Shown: positions 52,108 to 61,705 of the stretch, piece after piece
Numbering within the stretch: the first letter of the stretch is position 1
Layout: each line of letters starts with the position of its first letter
Sequence record: DRR723986_13700
Reading direction: 5' to 3' (one strand)
DNA length: 64,000 nt
Notes under the pieces: generated by a model
Told to the model about the DNA's origin: nothing
Database searches by the model: none
What the model saw: only the letters and a program-made list of their open reading frames with translations
Made by a program: the position numbers and the translations under genes

Positions 52108-52677
52108 ATGGCAAAGTCTCTTATTGAAGACACACAAGAATTTGTTTTTAACCTCTTAAAAGATTAGCTTCCAACAACTTGTATATATCATAATAATACC
52201 CATACAGCACGCGTCTTAAAAAGCACCAGAGAGCTTATAGAAAACTCTGATGTCACTAAAGAAGAGGCAATGATTTTAGAATTAACTGCTTTATTACATG
52301 ATGTAGGCTATACAGTCTGTTCTGAAAATCATGAAGCTGAGAGTGTTAAAATTGCAGAGGCTTTTTTAGAAAAAAAGGATGTGGATGAGAAGATTATATC
52401 TTCTGTTTCAGAATGCATCATGGCCACTAAATTTGATGCTGAACCAACAAATAAACTTGAAAAAATAATACGTGATGCTGATGCTTCTCATTTTGGCAAA
52501 AAGTATTTTGATGAGGCAAGCGAATTTTTGAGAAAAGAACTAGAGTTGCGCGGCATAAAGAATTATACACCCGCAGAGTGGCGTGCAGAAAACATAAAAG
52601 TTTTAACTGAAAAACATAAATATTATACTGATTATGCCCTGAAAAACTGGCAGCCAAGTAAGGAAAAGAATCTTGCA
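52108..52677 (+). pseudogene. HD-domain protein, 5' part only, with internal TAG at codon 20 and truncated at about 52677
   Basis: ATG 52108 MAKSLIEDTQEFVFNLLKD*LPTTCIYHNNTHT...LLHDVG...HE...IIRDAD; reading runs into opposite-strand gene sequence after KEKNLA. Confidence 0.78.
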
Positions 52678-52894
52678 ATACAGCTTCAATTTCTTTCTCG
52701 TATTTTTCAAAAATTGAATAATCACTAAAACCATCCCTCAAAATTGGATATTCTTCAGCAATTTTTAAAACACGACGTGCATTAGCCGCAATAAAATCAT
52801 TATCGGCATTAATCAACTTCTCATACTGACTTAACAGTTTATTGAAACTGACTTTAATTATAAAAGGTGACTCTATATTATCGTTAATATCCAA
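52664..52894 (-). pseudogene. N-terminal fragment of a Flavobacteriaceae GAF-domain-type protein
   Basis: TTG start at 52894 (MDINDNIESPFIIKVSFNKLL...YPILRDGF...LQDSF), TAACTTTG promoter element at 52923-52916; family recalled from N-terminal similarity only. Confidence 0.6.
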
Positions 52895-52991
52895 TTGGTA
52901 GTTTTTTTCTATAAGCAAAGTTACAAATATTTAATGTTGGTCGTTTATAATGAGACTTCCTAACAAAAATATTGTTACTATATACATTGTT

Positions 52992-53030
52992 AAAAATGAA
53001 ATAAGAGCGACTTTTATCACTCTTATTTTT
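52992..53030 (-). terminator. Intrinsic terminator ending the alpha-glucan operon
   Basis: Minus strand AAATAAGAGTGA-TAAAAG-TCGCTCTTATTT then CATTTTT. Confidence 0.65.
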
Positions 53031-53056
53031 ATTACGGTATTGTGTGTTAATGGTTC

Positions 53057-53509
53057 CTAAAAGCCCAAATGGCCATAGGTCCAGTTCTCACCATCACTTA
53101 TAAAAATTAAGGTTTTTGTAGTGACATTTGCACCACTTAAAGTGACGTTGGCAGTTCCTGAAGTACTATTATCACCTGCAAAGAATTCAACACCTGCACC
53201 TAGAGTTGTAATTAGAGCATTATTAGAATTGCCTATATTTCTTAATATATAAATTCTACCTGGAAATTCAGTAGCATCTGGCAATTGGAATTGCTGACCC
53301 GAAGTAAACGGATCAATAGAGATGTATACTCCATCACTTATTGGTTGTAATGAGCCATCAGCAGGCGTTAGTTTGATATGTTTAACTGATAAATTCCCAT
53401 TAATATCTAATGTACTTTTTGGATCAGTGGTATTTATTCCCACACCATCAGTTTGAGCACTCAATGATAATGTCAGAAACATTCCGATAATAATTACAAA
53501 ACTTTTCAT
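53057..53509 (-). CDS. Small exported beta-rich hypothetical protein
   Basis: Signal peptide; GVGINTTDPKSTLDING motif; LPDA..PGRIYILRN; ISDGENW. Confidence 0.75.
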   Translation of the reverse strand: MKSFVIIIGMFLTLSLSAQTDGVGINTTDPKSTLDINGNLSVKHIKLTPADGSLQPISDGVYISIDPFTSGQQFQLPDATEFPGRIYILRNIGNSNNALITTLGAGVEFFAGDNSTSGTANVTLSGANVTTKTLIFISDGENWTYGHLGF

Positions 53510-53522
53510 AGAGAATAACAGT

Positions 53523-55643
53523 TTAGTTTTTCTTTTTTATACTTATTGCAAAACCACCTCCTTGGGCAAGTTTCACTTTTAAGGTTGAGCTATTATTAAT
53601 TTCAATAGTTGCAATATCAATATCTAACGGGTTATTATCCCAATGTGCATTTTCTCCATCTTTATAAATTATGACGTCGTAATTTTCAGACTCATCTAAA
53701 AAATTAAAACTTAATTCAATTTCTCTTGAGTTTTCATCTGTAATGCCACCAACAAACCAATCACCAGTATTACGTTCTTTTCTTGCAATCGTCACATAAT
53801 CACCCACTTCACCGTTTAAAACTAATGATTTTTCCCAATCTACACCAACATCTCGAATAAACTGTAGTGGTTCTGGGTTAGCTTCATAATGCTCCACTAA
53901 ATCTGCTGCCATCTGAATCGGACTGTAAATAACAACGTATAGCGCTAACTGTTGAGCTAAAGTAGTGTTTACCTGGTTTTCAGTTTTATACTCATCAAAT
54001 TTTATATTAAAAATACCTGGTGTAAAATCTATTGGTCCAGCTAGCATCCTGGTAAAAGCCACAATTGGCAAATGCTCTGGCGGATTTCCTCCGTCCTGAG
54101 ACCACGCGTTAAATTCTTGTCCTCGTAAGCCTTCTCTCGAAATAATATTAGGATAGGTTCTACGTAAACCTGTTGCTTTTATTGGCTCATGAGCATTTAC
54201 GGCAACTTCATATTTTGCTGCCTTTATAGCAGCATTATTATACTGATTGACCATGTAATGTCCATGATGATATTCACCCTTTGGCAATATTTTACCAACA
54301 TAACCCGATTTTACAGAATGCATACCATATTTCTGCATTAAAGCATATGCTCTATCCTGTTGTTTTTCGTAAGTACCTGTTGCTGCGGATGTCTCGTGGT
54401 GCATAATAATCTTAACACCTTTTTCTTTTGCATATCTCACTACCTCATCAATATCATAATCTGGGTAGGTGGTTACAAAATCAAACACACCTTCTCGGTC
54501 TTCAAATCCTATCCAGCGTTCCCATCCTGTATTCCAACCTTCAACTAATACTCCTCCAATATTGTTCTTTGCTGAGAAATCAATGAAATTCTTTACATTT
54601 TCAGTAGTTGCTCCATGACGTCCATGTGCATTACCAGTATCTGTCCATACACCATCTACCATTTCCATACCGTAATCCCAAGACGATTTTCCTAAGTGCA
54701 TTTCCCACCAAACACCAGTATATTTCATCGGTTTAAACCAAGAAACATCACCTAATTTATTTGGTTCATTAAGGTTAACAATGAGATTAGATGCTATTAA
54801 ATCTGGAGCATTATCAGTAATTTGAAGGGTTCGCCAAGGTGTTTCGAATGGCAAGTTACGTCGTACTTTATAATCTACATTCTCTGAAGCTACCAAATTA
54901 CTTCTAAGGTTTAAATTTGTAGTATCGACCTTTAGAGTCATTCCTGAATAATCGATTAATGCAGCTTCATGAAAACTTAAATGAATACCACTTTCACCAA
55001 CCATTGTTACAGGTGTATTTACAGCATTTTCCGGAATATAAGACTGTGCTAAATTGGTTCTTGGTATATAGGATTTGGCATCAATTTCAGAAAGTTTGGT
55101 TGTACCGTATAAATGCTCATAAATATCCCAATCTCCAGGAATCCAGAAGGTTTTATAGTCTTCCGTAAGATTAAATTCTGTGTGCTCATCTTTTATCAAA
55201 GCTTCTGACCAGCCTTCTTGCTCAGGGAATTCGTATCGAAAACCAAGACCATCGTCATAAACTTTAAATACAATATTGAATTTTCGGTTTAATTCTGAAG
55301 TCTCTTCAAGTTCAATTTTTAATTCATTGTAATTATTAACAACATCTAGTTGTTCTCCCCAAGGCATTTGCCAAGTTTCATTAAATGAATTTTCTGTGGT
55401 TTTAAGAATCTTAAAACTATCCTTTAAGGCTTTTGAGTCTGTAAATTCAAAAGACATATAAGAGGTATCAACAATTACTTTATTACTAAAATAGACCAAG
55501 TAAAAAGGTCGGCCATCCTCATTTAAATTAAAGTTGACCTTTATTGATTTATTTGGTGATTCACTTGTAAGTACTATATCATTCTCCTTAGAACATGAGA
55601 ATAAAAACACAATGGCTATTACCTTGAGTAAATGATATTTCAT
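53523..55643 (-). CDS. susB: GH97 alpha-glucosidase (SusB-like)
   Basis: LHEAA-like motif, GVWWEMH, LVEGWN, MHHET, NAHE, REGLRGQE, GPIDFTPG. Confidence 0.9.
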   Translation of the reverse strand: MKYHLLKVIAIVFLFSCSKENDIVLTSESPNKSIKVNFNLNEDGRPFYLVYFSNKVIVDTSYMSFEFTDSKALKDSFKILKTTENSFNETWQMPWGEQLDVVNNYNELKIELEETSELNRKFNIVFKVYDDGLGFRYEFPEQEGWSEALIKDEHTEFNLTEDYKTFWIPGDWDIYEHLYGTTKLSEIDAKSYIPRTNLAQSYIPENAVNTPVTMVGESGIHLSFHEAALIDYSGMTLKVDTTNLNLRSNLVASENVDYKVRRNLPFETPWRTLQITDNAPDLIASNLIVNLNEPNKLGDVSWFKPMKYTGVWWEMHLGKSSWDYGMEMVDGVWTDTGNAHGRHGATTENVKNFIDFSAKNNIGGVLVEGWNTGWERWIGFEDREGVFDFVTTYPDYDIDEVVRYAKEKGVKIIMHHETSAATGTYEKQQDRAYALMQKYGMHSVKSGYVGKILPKGEYHHGHYMVNQYNNAAIKAAKYEVAVNAHEPIKATGLRRTYPNIISREGLRGQEFNAWSQDGGNPPEHLPIVAFTRMLAGPIDFTPGIFNIKFDEYKTENQVNTTLAQQLALYVVIYSPIQMAADLVEHYEANPEPLQFIRDVGVDWEKSLVLNGEVGDYVTIARKERNTGDWFVGGITDENSREIELSFNFLDESENYDVIIYKDGENAHWDNNPLDIDIATIEINNSSTLKVKLAQGGGFAISIKKKN

Positions 55644-55645
55644 AA

Positions 55646-57325
55646 TTATTTCTTTTCTAATAAGACTACATCAAATTCAGAATCAATAGTTACTCTACCG
55701 TTTTCAACTTGTGCTGTTACACCAGAATAGGCATCATGTAATAAGTCACCTTCCTTAAAGATCTTTGACACATCTATAGATTTTGGTCCTTTATGAACTT
55801 CTAAGCCAATGACAACTAAATCCTTAAAATCACCTTCTTGGTAGCTTCTGTAAAAATAGTATGGTTGTGAAGTAATCATTTGATGAATACCAGCACCAAT
55901 AGCAGGATGTCTTGCTCTAAATTTGCCTAATTTTTGCCAATGCTCCATTATTAATTTAATTTCCTCTTCGTTTGAGATGGCTGACCAATTCATTGTTGAT
56001 CTTAAATTGGCATCACCTTCCGCTCCTTCAACTTTTAATATTCTAGCAGACTCATCACCATAAAAAACTTGTGAAGTACCTGGTGACAATAATAATTTAT
56101 TAGCGGTTTCAAATGGCTTTTCTCTCATAGGATCGAATGGGCTGCCATCATCATGAGAACTTAAATAATTCAAAACACCATGGTCTTTTAACTCACTATT
56201 TAAAATGGTTGAATACCGTTTAAATAGTTTTTCGTAATCCATTTCTTTTGAATTCCATTTAAATTCAAAATTGATTTGTTGGCTAAACATATCATCATAG
56301 TAGTTCACTTTTTTATCACCAAAGTCAAATATTTTACCACTGCTAATACCATAATTATAAACTTCACCAACAAGGTAGAAATCGTTATCATCTAAAACTT
56401 TCTCTAGATTATTCTTTTTGTATTCTGAAAATGCATAATCACATTCTTTTTTAAATTCTTCCCAAACAAACGGTTCTGTATGTTTTACTGTATCGCATCT
56501 GTAGCCATCAACTCCAAATTCAGTAATGTAATCGGTTAACCATTTCATAATGTAAAAGCGTGGAGCTCTGGGATTACCAGTTCTTTCAAAGAATTCATCT
56601 AGTTCCTTTACTTCTTGTTCGTAACGTCCTTCTGCTTTCCATTTTTCGACCAATTGTGGTGGTAAATCTACATTATCATTAGATTCTGTTCTTATATCAG
56701 GTAGATTAGCAACTAAAGTACAACTCACCGTATTTTGGTAGTTATCATAAGCACATTGCTTATCTGTCCTTACCCAATCATTTGGCCAAACCGGATCTTT
56801 ATCGGTAACAGGACCTGTATGATTAATTACGGCATCTAATACGATTCTAATTCCTCTGTTATGAGCTTCTTTTACCAACTCGTGTAAATCTTCTTTTGTT
56901 CCATAGCTTGGATCTATCCGTGTCCAATCTTTAGCCCAATACCCATGAAACCCATAAGTTACGCCTGTACCTTCATCCGTACCTCCATGGATTTGCTCTA
57001 CAATTGGTGTCATCCAAATGGCATTAATACCTAAATCAGTAAAGTAGCCTTCTTTAACTTTTTGCGTTACTCCTTTTATATCTCCTCCTTCAAAACCTCT
57101 AAGTATTGCAGTTTCTTCAGTCCTGTCAAAATTTACATCGTTAGACGTATCTCCATTATTAAATCGATCGGTTAATAGAAAATAAAGATTTGCTCCTTCC
57201 CAAACGAAAGGTGCAACAGTACCTGATGGTTCAACAACATTTTCTGCAATCTCCTCTGGGTTTGGTTGATTCTTACAGTTGAAAGCCATAGCAACAATGG
57301 TTAATAGAATAAATGATTTTCTCAT
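55646..57325 (-). CDS. GH13 alpha-amylase-family lipoprotein
   Basis: DRF.NGD, GFHGYW, VINH, DGYRCDTVKH, GEVY, SSHD. Confidence 0.9.
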   Translation of the reverse strand: MRKSFILLTIVAMAFNCKNQPNPEEIAENVVEPSGTVAPFVWEGANLYFLLTDRFNNGDTSNDVNFDRTEETAILRGFEGGDIKGVTQKVKEGYFTDLGINAIWMTPIVEQIHGGTDEGTGVTYGFHGYWAKDWTRIDPSYGTKEDLHELVKEAHNRGIRIVLDAVINHTGPVTDKDPVWPNDWVRTDKQCAYDNYQNTVSCTLVANLPDIRTESNDNVDLPPQLVEKWKAEGRYEQEVKELDEFFERTGNPRAPRFYIMKWLTDYITEFGVDGYRCDTVKHTEPFVWEEFKKECDYAFSEYKKNNLEKVLDDNDFYLVGEVYNYGISSGKIFDFGDKKVNYYDDMFSQQINFEFKWNSKEMDYEKLFKRYSTILNSELKDHGVLNYLSSHDDGSPFDPMREKPFETANKLLLSPGTSQVFYGDESARILKVEGAEGDANLRSTMNWSAISNEEEIKLIMEHWQKLGKFRARHPAIGAGIHQMITSQPYYFYRSYQEGDFKDLVVIGLEVHKGPKSIDVSKIFKEGDLLHDAYSGVTAQVENGRVTIDSEFDVVLLEKK

Positions 57326-57327
57326 GA

Positions 57328-59208
57328 TTATTTTAGTTTTAAAATAAATGACTCCAATGGTTTAATATCAATTCTGACTTTTGCTTTACCATCTTTAACT
57401 TTTAATATTGAATTGTATTGACCATACAATTGGTCTTTCACCTCATATTCAACCTCATTTAGATTCAATTTTTCAACTAGATTTTCTGGTAATTGCAGGT
57501 CGAAACCATATGTGTTTTCGGCGTTAAAATTTGAAATAATGATTAATTGCTCATCATCAGACCAACGCACAAAACTCAATACCTTATCATTATACCATTC
57601 TGTATTTTGTTGATTATATAAATGTATATCTTGGTATTCACCCATTAAAGCTGAACTGCTAATTGTAAAATTTAATAATCGCTTGTAAAAATCTCGAAGT
57701 TCTGATTCTTCTTGGGTGGATTGACCTCCATCAAACTGTTTATTGTTCACCCAACGTACCATACTCGGCACAGAACCATAATCGAATATTGATGTACGTG
57801 TTGGATCTCCAAAACCTAAATCCTTAGCACCTGGCTCACCAAATTCTTGTCCAAAATACACCATCGTTGGTGCTGTTGTAGAAGTAGCAGATACGACCAT
57901 TGCCGGTTTACCTTTTAAGGCATTACCTGCAAAATCTAGACTTGCGATACGTTGCTCATCATGATTTTCTAAAAAGTGAAGCATATGATGTTCAATATCA
58001 CTTAAGTCATCTAAAATTGGTGGAATGTTATCTGTTTTTCCATGGCCTTGCATAACATGCTTTAGCGTATCATATAACTGAACTTTGTCGTACAGATAAT
58101 CCATTTTTCCTTTTTTGATGTAGTCTCTATAAAGGCTTGGGTTATAAACCTCAGCTAATAAAAACGCATCAGGATTTTTCATTTTTATGTGAGAATTCAT
58201 GTAACTCCAAAATTCTACTGGCACCATCTCAGCCATATCAAATCTAAAACCATCAACACCTTTAGTTGTCCAGTATAGTGCTATATCTTTAAATTTAATC
58301 CAAGAACTAGGAATTGTTTTGTCTTTCCAGAATTCAAAGTGTTTCTTGTAATCTTCATTTTCAAAACCATCTGGCAACTCGTCAAAATCTTTTACACCAT
58401 CTGGTGACACTCCATAATTAACTTTAACGGTTTCATACCAATCGTTCATATCTGGTTGTGACGCTCTAGAACCATTACCTGTCCACTTTGCTGGCACTTC
58501 CTTAAACTTACCATCTGCCATAGGATGATCTTCACCACCTAAAGGTTGATAACCGTTTTTCCATTCTGGGACTTTAAAGGCTTCACCTGGATTGTAGTAA
58601 AAGTTGTTATTCACATCGTACGCTACATTCTTATCATCCTCTGCACCAAAGTCGGTTGTACCTTCTGGATTTGTTAAACTCTGATAGTTTCGCGCAACAT
58701 GGTTAGGTACTATATCAATAATGACTTTCATTCCTACTTTGTGCGTTCTTTCCACCAATGCTTCAAACTCTTGTAATCTGTTCTCCACATCTTCTGCTAA
58801 ATCTGGATTAACGTTGTAGTAATCCTTAACTGCATAAGGTGAACCAGCGCGTCCTTTTACAATATCTGGATCGTCATTAGAAATACCATATTTGGTGTAG
58901 TCTGTAATCACATCATGATGTGGAACACCAGTATACCAAATATGTGTTACACCTAAATCTTTAATTTCAGTAAGTGCTTTCTCTGTAAAATCATTAAACT
59001 TGCCAACACCATTTTCTTCAAGTGTTCCCCAAGGTTTATTGGTGGTATTTGTATTTCCAAATAAACGTGTAAATACTTGATAAACGACTTCTTTCTTTTT
59101 CATTTGAGATTTGAATTCTTCAGTTTTTACTGTCTTCTTTATGTCTTCTTTACAACTCATAAACACGGCAAAAACAAGTAGTAAACAAATTTGAAGTTTA
59201 GTGTTCAT
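57328..59208 (-). CDS. GH13 alpha-amylase-family lipoprotein
   Basis: Lipobox FMSC; GSPYAVKDY, VPNH, DGFRFDMAE, AEVY, ENHD. Confidence 0.9.
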   Translation of the reverse strand: MNTKLQICLLLVFAVFMSCKEDIKKTVKTEEFKSQMKKKEVVYQVFTRLFGNTNTTNKPWGTLEENGVGKFNDFTEKALTEIKDLGVTHIWYTGVPHHDVITDYTKYGISNDDPDIVKGRAGSPYAVKDYYNVNPDLAEDVENRLQEFEALVERTHKVGMKVIIDIVPNHVARNYQSLTNPEGTTDFGAEDDKNVAYDVNNNFYYNPGEAFKVPEWKNGYQPLGGEDHPMADGKFKEVPAKWTGNGSRASQPDMNDWYETVKVNYGVSPDGVKDFDELPDGFENEDYKKHFEFWKDKTIPSSWIKFKDIALYWTTKGVDGFRFDMAEMVPVEFWSYMNSHIKMKNPDAFLLAEVYNPSLYRDYIKKGKMDYLYDKVQLYDTLKHVMQGHGKTDNIPPILDDLSDIEHHMLHFLENHDEQRIASLDFAGNALKGKPAMVVSATSTTAPTMVYFGQEFGEPGAKDLGFGDPTRTSIFDYGSVPSMVRWVNNKQFDGGQSTQEESELRDFYKRLLNFTISSSALMGEYQDIHLYNQQNTEWYNDKVLSFVRWSDDEQLIIISNFNAENTYGFDLQLPENLVEKLNLNEVEYEVKDQLYGQYNSILKVKDGKAKVRIDIKPLESFILKLK

Positions 59209-59211
59209 AGG

Positions 59212-61638
59212 TTATCGCTTTAATTTGATTTTAATTTCTTTTTTTATTGATGTTTTCCAATTTATTGGCAGTGTTAATGTTTTCGTGTCTGAATTCCATT
59301 TAACTTCAATTTTTTCACCATCAACTTTAATATATTTTGGTTCATTTTGAATATTATGAATATAAAAGTTTATTACTTTGGCTGAAGATTGTGCTACACC
59401 ACCCATTAATTCAAAATTAAATTTCAGATTCATTCCCTTATAACAAGATTCAAACTTTAAAATCTCAAAGTTTCTTTCCTCTAATGTTTTGGTCTCAATG
59501 CCATTATCATTAAATAAGGTTCTCTTATTTTCTGGAAACGCCTTATCAAAATAATAATGAAGATCTAAATTATCTGGATTATAGTCTGAAGTAGACTGCA
59601 TTGATTTAGCTAAAGGAATAAAGGCACCTGCTCTAACATAAGTTGGTATGTAAGCCGGATGCGTTTGTATTGCTTTTGTTTGTCCACCTTTGATTATTTC
59701 ATCTGTTTCTATATTAAACCAATTTGCTGTTTTTGGAAAATAGACATTCTGTTCTTTTTTACCAGCTTCTAAAACAGGTGCTACCAAAACATCATTTCCC
59801 CATAGATAGGTTTCCGAGTAATTAAATAATTCTGGATTATCTTGTTCTTCAAAAAACAATGGTCGCATTAGAGGTCTACCATATTTATGGTTTTCGAACA
59901 TTAAATTATAATTATAAGGTAACATTCGATAACGCATTTCAATAGCATAACTCACTAAACTTTTTGCTCTATCACTTCTGTAAATAGGTTCACTAGGCAC
60001 ATCTTCTTGAGCATGTGGTCTAAAAATAGGCTGAAATACTCCGTACTGTAACCAGCGTGCATAAAGTTCATCATCTAAATTAGCACCTGCAAAACCACCT
60101 AAATCACTATGCATATAAGCCAGGCCTTGCATTCCCATTTGTAATGCGATTTCTGGCTGACTTTGTAATCCTCCCCAAGATCTGCTCACATCACCAGACC
60201 AAGGTACCATACCATACCTTTGAGAACCTGATGAACCTGCTCGCATGAGAATAAAAGGTCTCTTGTTTGGATTAGCTTCTAAACTGGCTTCGTATACTAA
60301 TTTTGCCCAATCATGGCCATAAATATTATGGACCTCATCTGCTGAACCTTTAACATGCTGCACCCAACCAGGATGTACTTCTGGCTCACCTAAATCTCCC
60401 CAAAATCCGTTAACACCAATATTAGATAACCCTTTGTAAACATTTTTGAACCACTTTTGAGCTTTAGGATTATATATATCTATAAGGCCAGTATTACCAA
60501 AATAGAAATCATATTTAGCTGCATTTCCTAAAGAGTCTTTTGCTAAGACATCCATAAATTCTACTTCATCCCATTTCTGTGATGTGGTAAGCACAAATGG
60601 TTCAGTTATAAGGATAGTTTCAACATTTTTTGCTTTTAGATCCTTGATCATTTGTTCAGGATCTGGGAATGAATCCTTATAGAATTCAAGATTACCCATG
60701 GTTCCTTTTATGTCCTTTCCGAACCAATATAAATCCAGAATTATAGCGTCTACTGGTATTTTCTCTTCTCTAAATTTTTCAATTGTTTCTAAAGTTTCTT
60801 TTTGCGAGTGATAACCAAAACGACTCGAAAAATTTCCCAAAGCCCAGCGCGGTAACATAGGTTGTTTTCCTGTTAAGCTGGTGTAATTCCGCATTATATC
60901 AAACCAAGTTTCACCTACAATAACCTGATAAGTTTTACGACCAGAAATGGTCTCATAGGTTAGCGTATGTTCTCCTTTGCTATCTAAATCTAAATAACCA
61001 ATTGGTGCATTATCAAAGTGAATCATGTATTTGTTTGATGACAATACAATTGGCATGGTATAATTCATCAATTTAGATTCTGTTTCGTAACCATAATGCG
61101 CTCTGTTAAATAATGGCAGACGATGACCACGACGATTCATACCTAAAGCTCTTGCTCCTCCTCCATATAGTACTTCATCCTTTGTTAAATTGAATTCTAT
61201 TTTTTCAGTAGAATCAGCTACAATATTACCAGCTACTATTTCCATTGAATCGTGAGCATTTTTATAATAGCCACGTTTTTCTGAGGTAATAAACTGGTCT
61301 TTATAATAGTATGAAATTTGGAAAGGGCTTTTTGTAATTGTAACATAAATACCATCTGTTTCTAACACAATATCCGCTGCTCTTTCACTGACCTTAAGCG
61401 CAATAGCATGTGTATTTAAGACAATAGCATGTGAATCACTGATAAAGGTTTCATCGTGTGGCACGAAAGTAGTTTCAATAATTTCAGATGAATATGACTT
61501 AAAAAGATAATATCCGTCATTGACATTTACCTTTAATTCCTTTTCATTCACTTCCGCACTTTTAAAAATGCGTTTAGAGTTTTGGGCAGTTATTGTAAGC
61601 GTTAATAAAAAGGATATTATATATAAGATTTGTTTCAT
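59212..61638 (-). CDS. GH31 alpha-glucosidase-family protein
   Basis: ILDLYW, WGDLGEP nucleophile, WSGD, SDLGGF, RPH; likely ATG at 61638 (MKQILYII signal peptide). Confidence 0.9.
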   Translation of the reverse strand: MKQILYIISFLLTLTITAQNSKRIFKSAEVNEKELKVNVNDGYYLFKSYSSEIIETTFVPHDETFISDSHAIVLNTHAIALKVSERAADIVLETDGIYVTITKSPFQISYYYKDQFITSEKRGYYKNAHDSMEIVAGNIVADSTEKIEFNLTKDEVLYGGGARALGMNRRGHRLPLFNRAHYGYETESKLMNYTMPIVLSSNKYMIHFDNAPIGYLDLDSKGEHTLTYETISGRKTYQVIVGETWFDIMRNYTSLTGKQPMLPRWALGNFSSRFGYHSQKETLETIEKFREEKIPVDAIILDLYWFGKDIKGTMGNLEFYKDSFPDPEQMIKDLKAKNVETILITEPFVLTTSQKWDEVEFMDVLAKDSLGNAAKYDFYFGNTGLIDIYNPKAQKWFKNVYKGLSNIGVNGFWGDLGEPEVHPGWVQHVKGSADEVHNIYGHDWAKLVYEASLEANPNKRPFILMRAGSSGSQRYGMVPWSGDVSRSWGGLQSQPEIALQMGMQGLAYMHSDLGGFAGANLDDELYARWLQYGVFQPIFRPHAQEDVPSEPIYRSDRAKSLVSYAIEMRYRMLPYNYNLMFENHKYGRPLMRPLFFEEQDNPELFNYSETYLWGNDVLVAPVLEAGKKEQNVYFPKTANWFNIETDEIIKGGQTKAIQTHPAYIPTYVRAGAFIPLAKSMQSTSDYNPDNLDLHYYFDKAFPENKRTLFNDNGIETKTLEERNFEILKFESCYKGMNLKFNFELMGGVAQSSAKVINFYIHNIQNEPKYIKVDGEKIEVKWNSDTKTLTLPINWKTSIKKEIKIKLKR

Positions 61639-61651
61639 AATTCTATTTTGT

Positions 61652-61703
61652 GAGATTCTGAAACAACACTTAGACAAGCTCAGTGTAACATTTCAGAATG
61701 ACA
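61652..61703. repeat. Nested palindromic intergenic element (REP-like)
   Basis: Outer ATTCTGAAA/TTTCAGAAT arms enclosing the inner ACACT-TAGACAAGCTC-AGTGT hairpin. Confidence 0.5.
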
Positions 61704-61705
61704 AT

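Noticed and set aside
42000-52167. Amber (TAG) recoding or pyrrolysine suggested by two in-frame TAGs
   Set aside because: TAG is the normal stop of gltD, gltB, metY, guaD and the 34788 oxidoreductase at expected C-termini; no pyl genes or suppressor tRNA seen
52108-52728. Pycsar or other anti-phage defence system
   Set aside because: Only an HD fragment is present; no cyclase or effector domain is visible in the window
52427-52728. Genuine 300-bp antisense overlap of two protein-coding genes (ORF track 52270-52728 and 52427-52918)
   Set aside because: The overlap is read-through past the fusion junction; the tails are antisense of the partner gene
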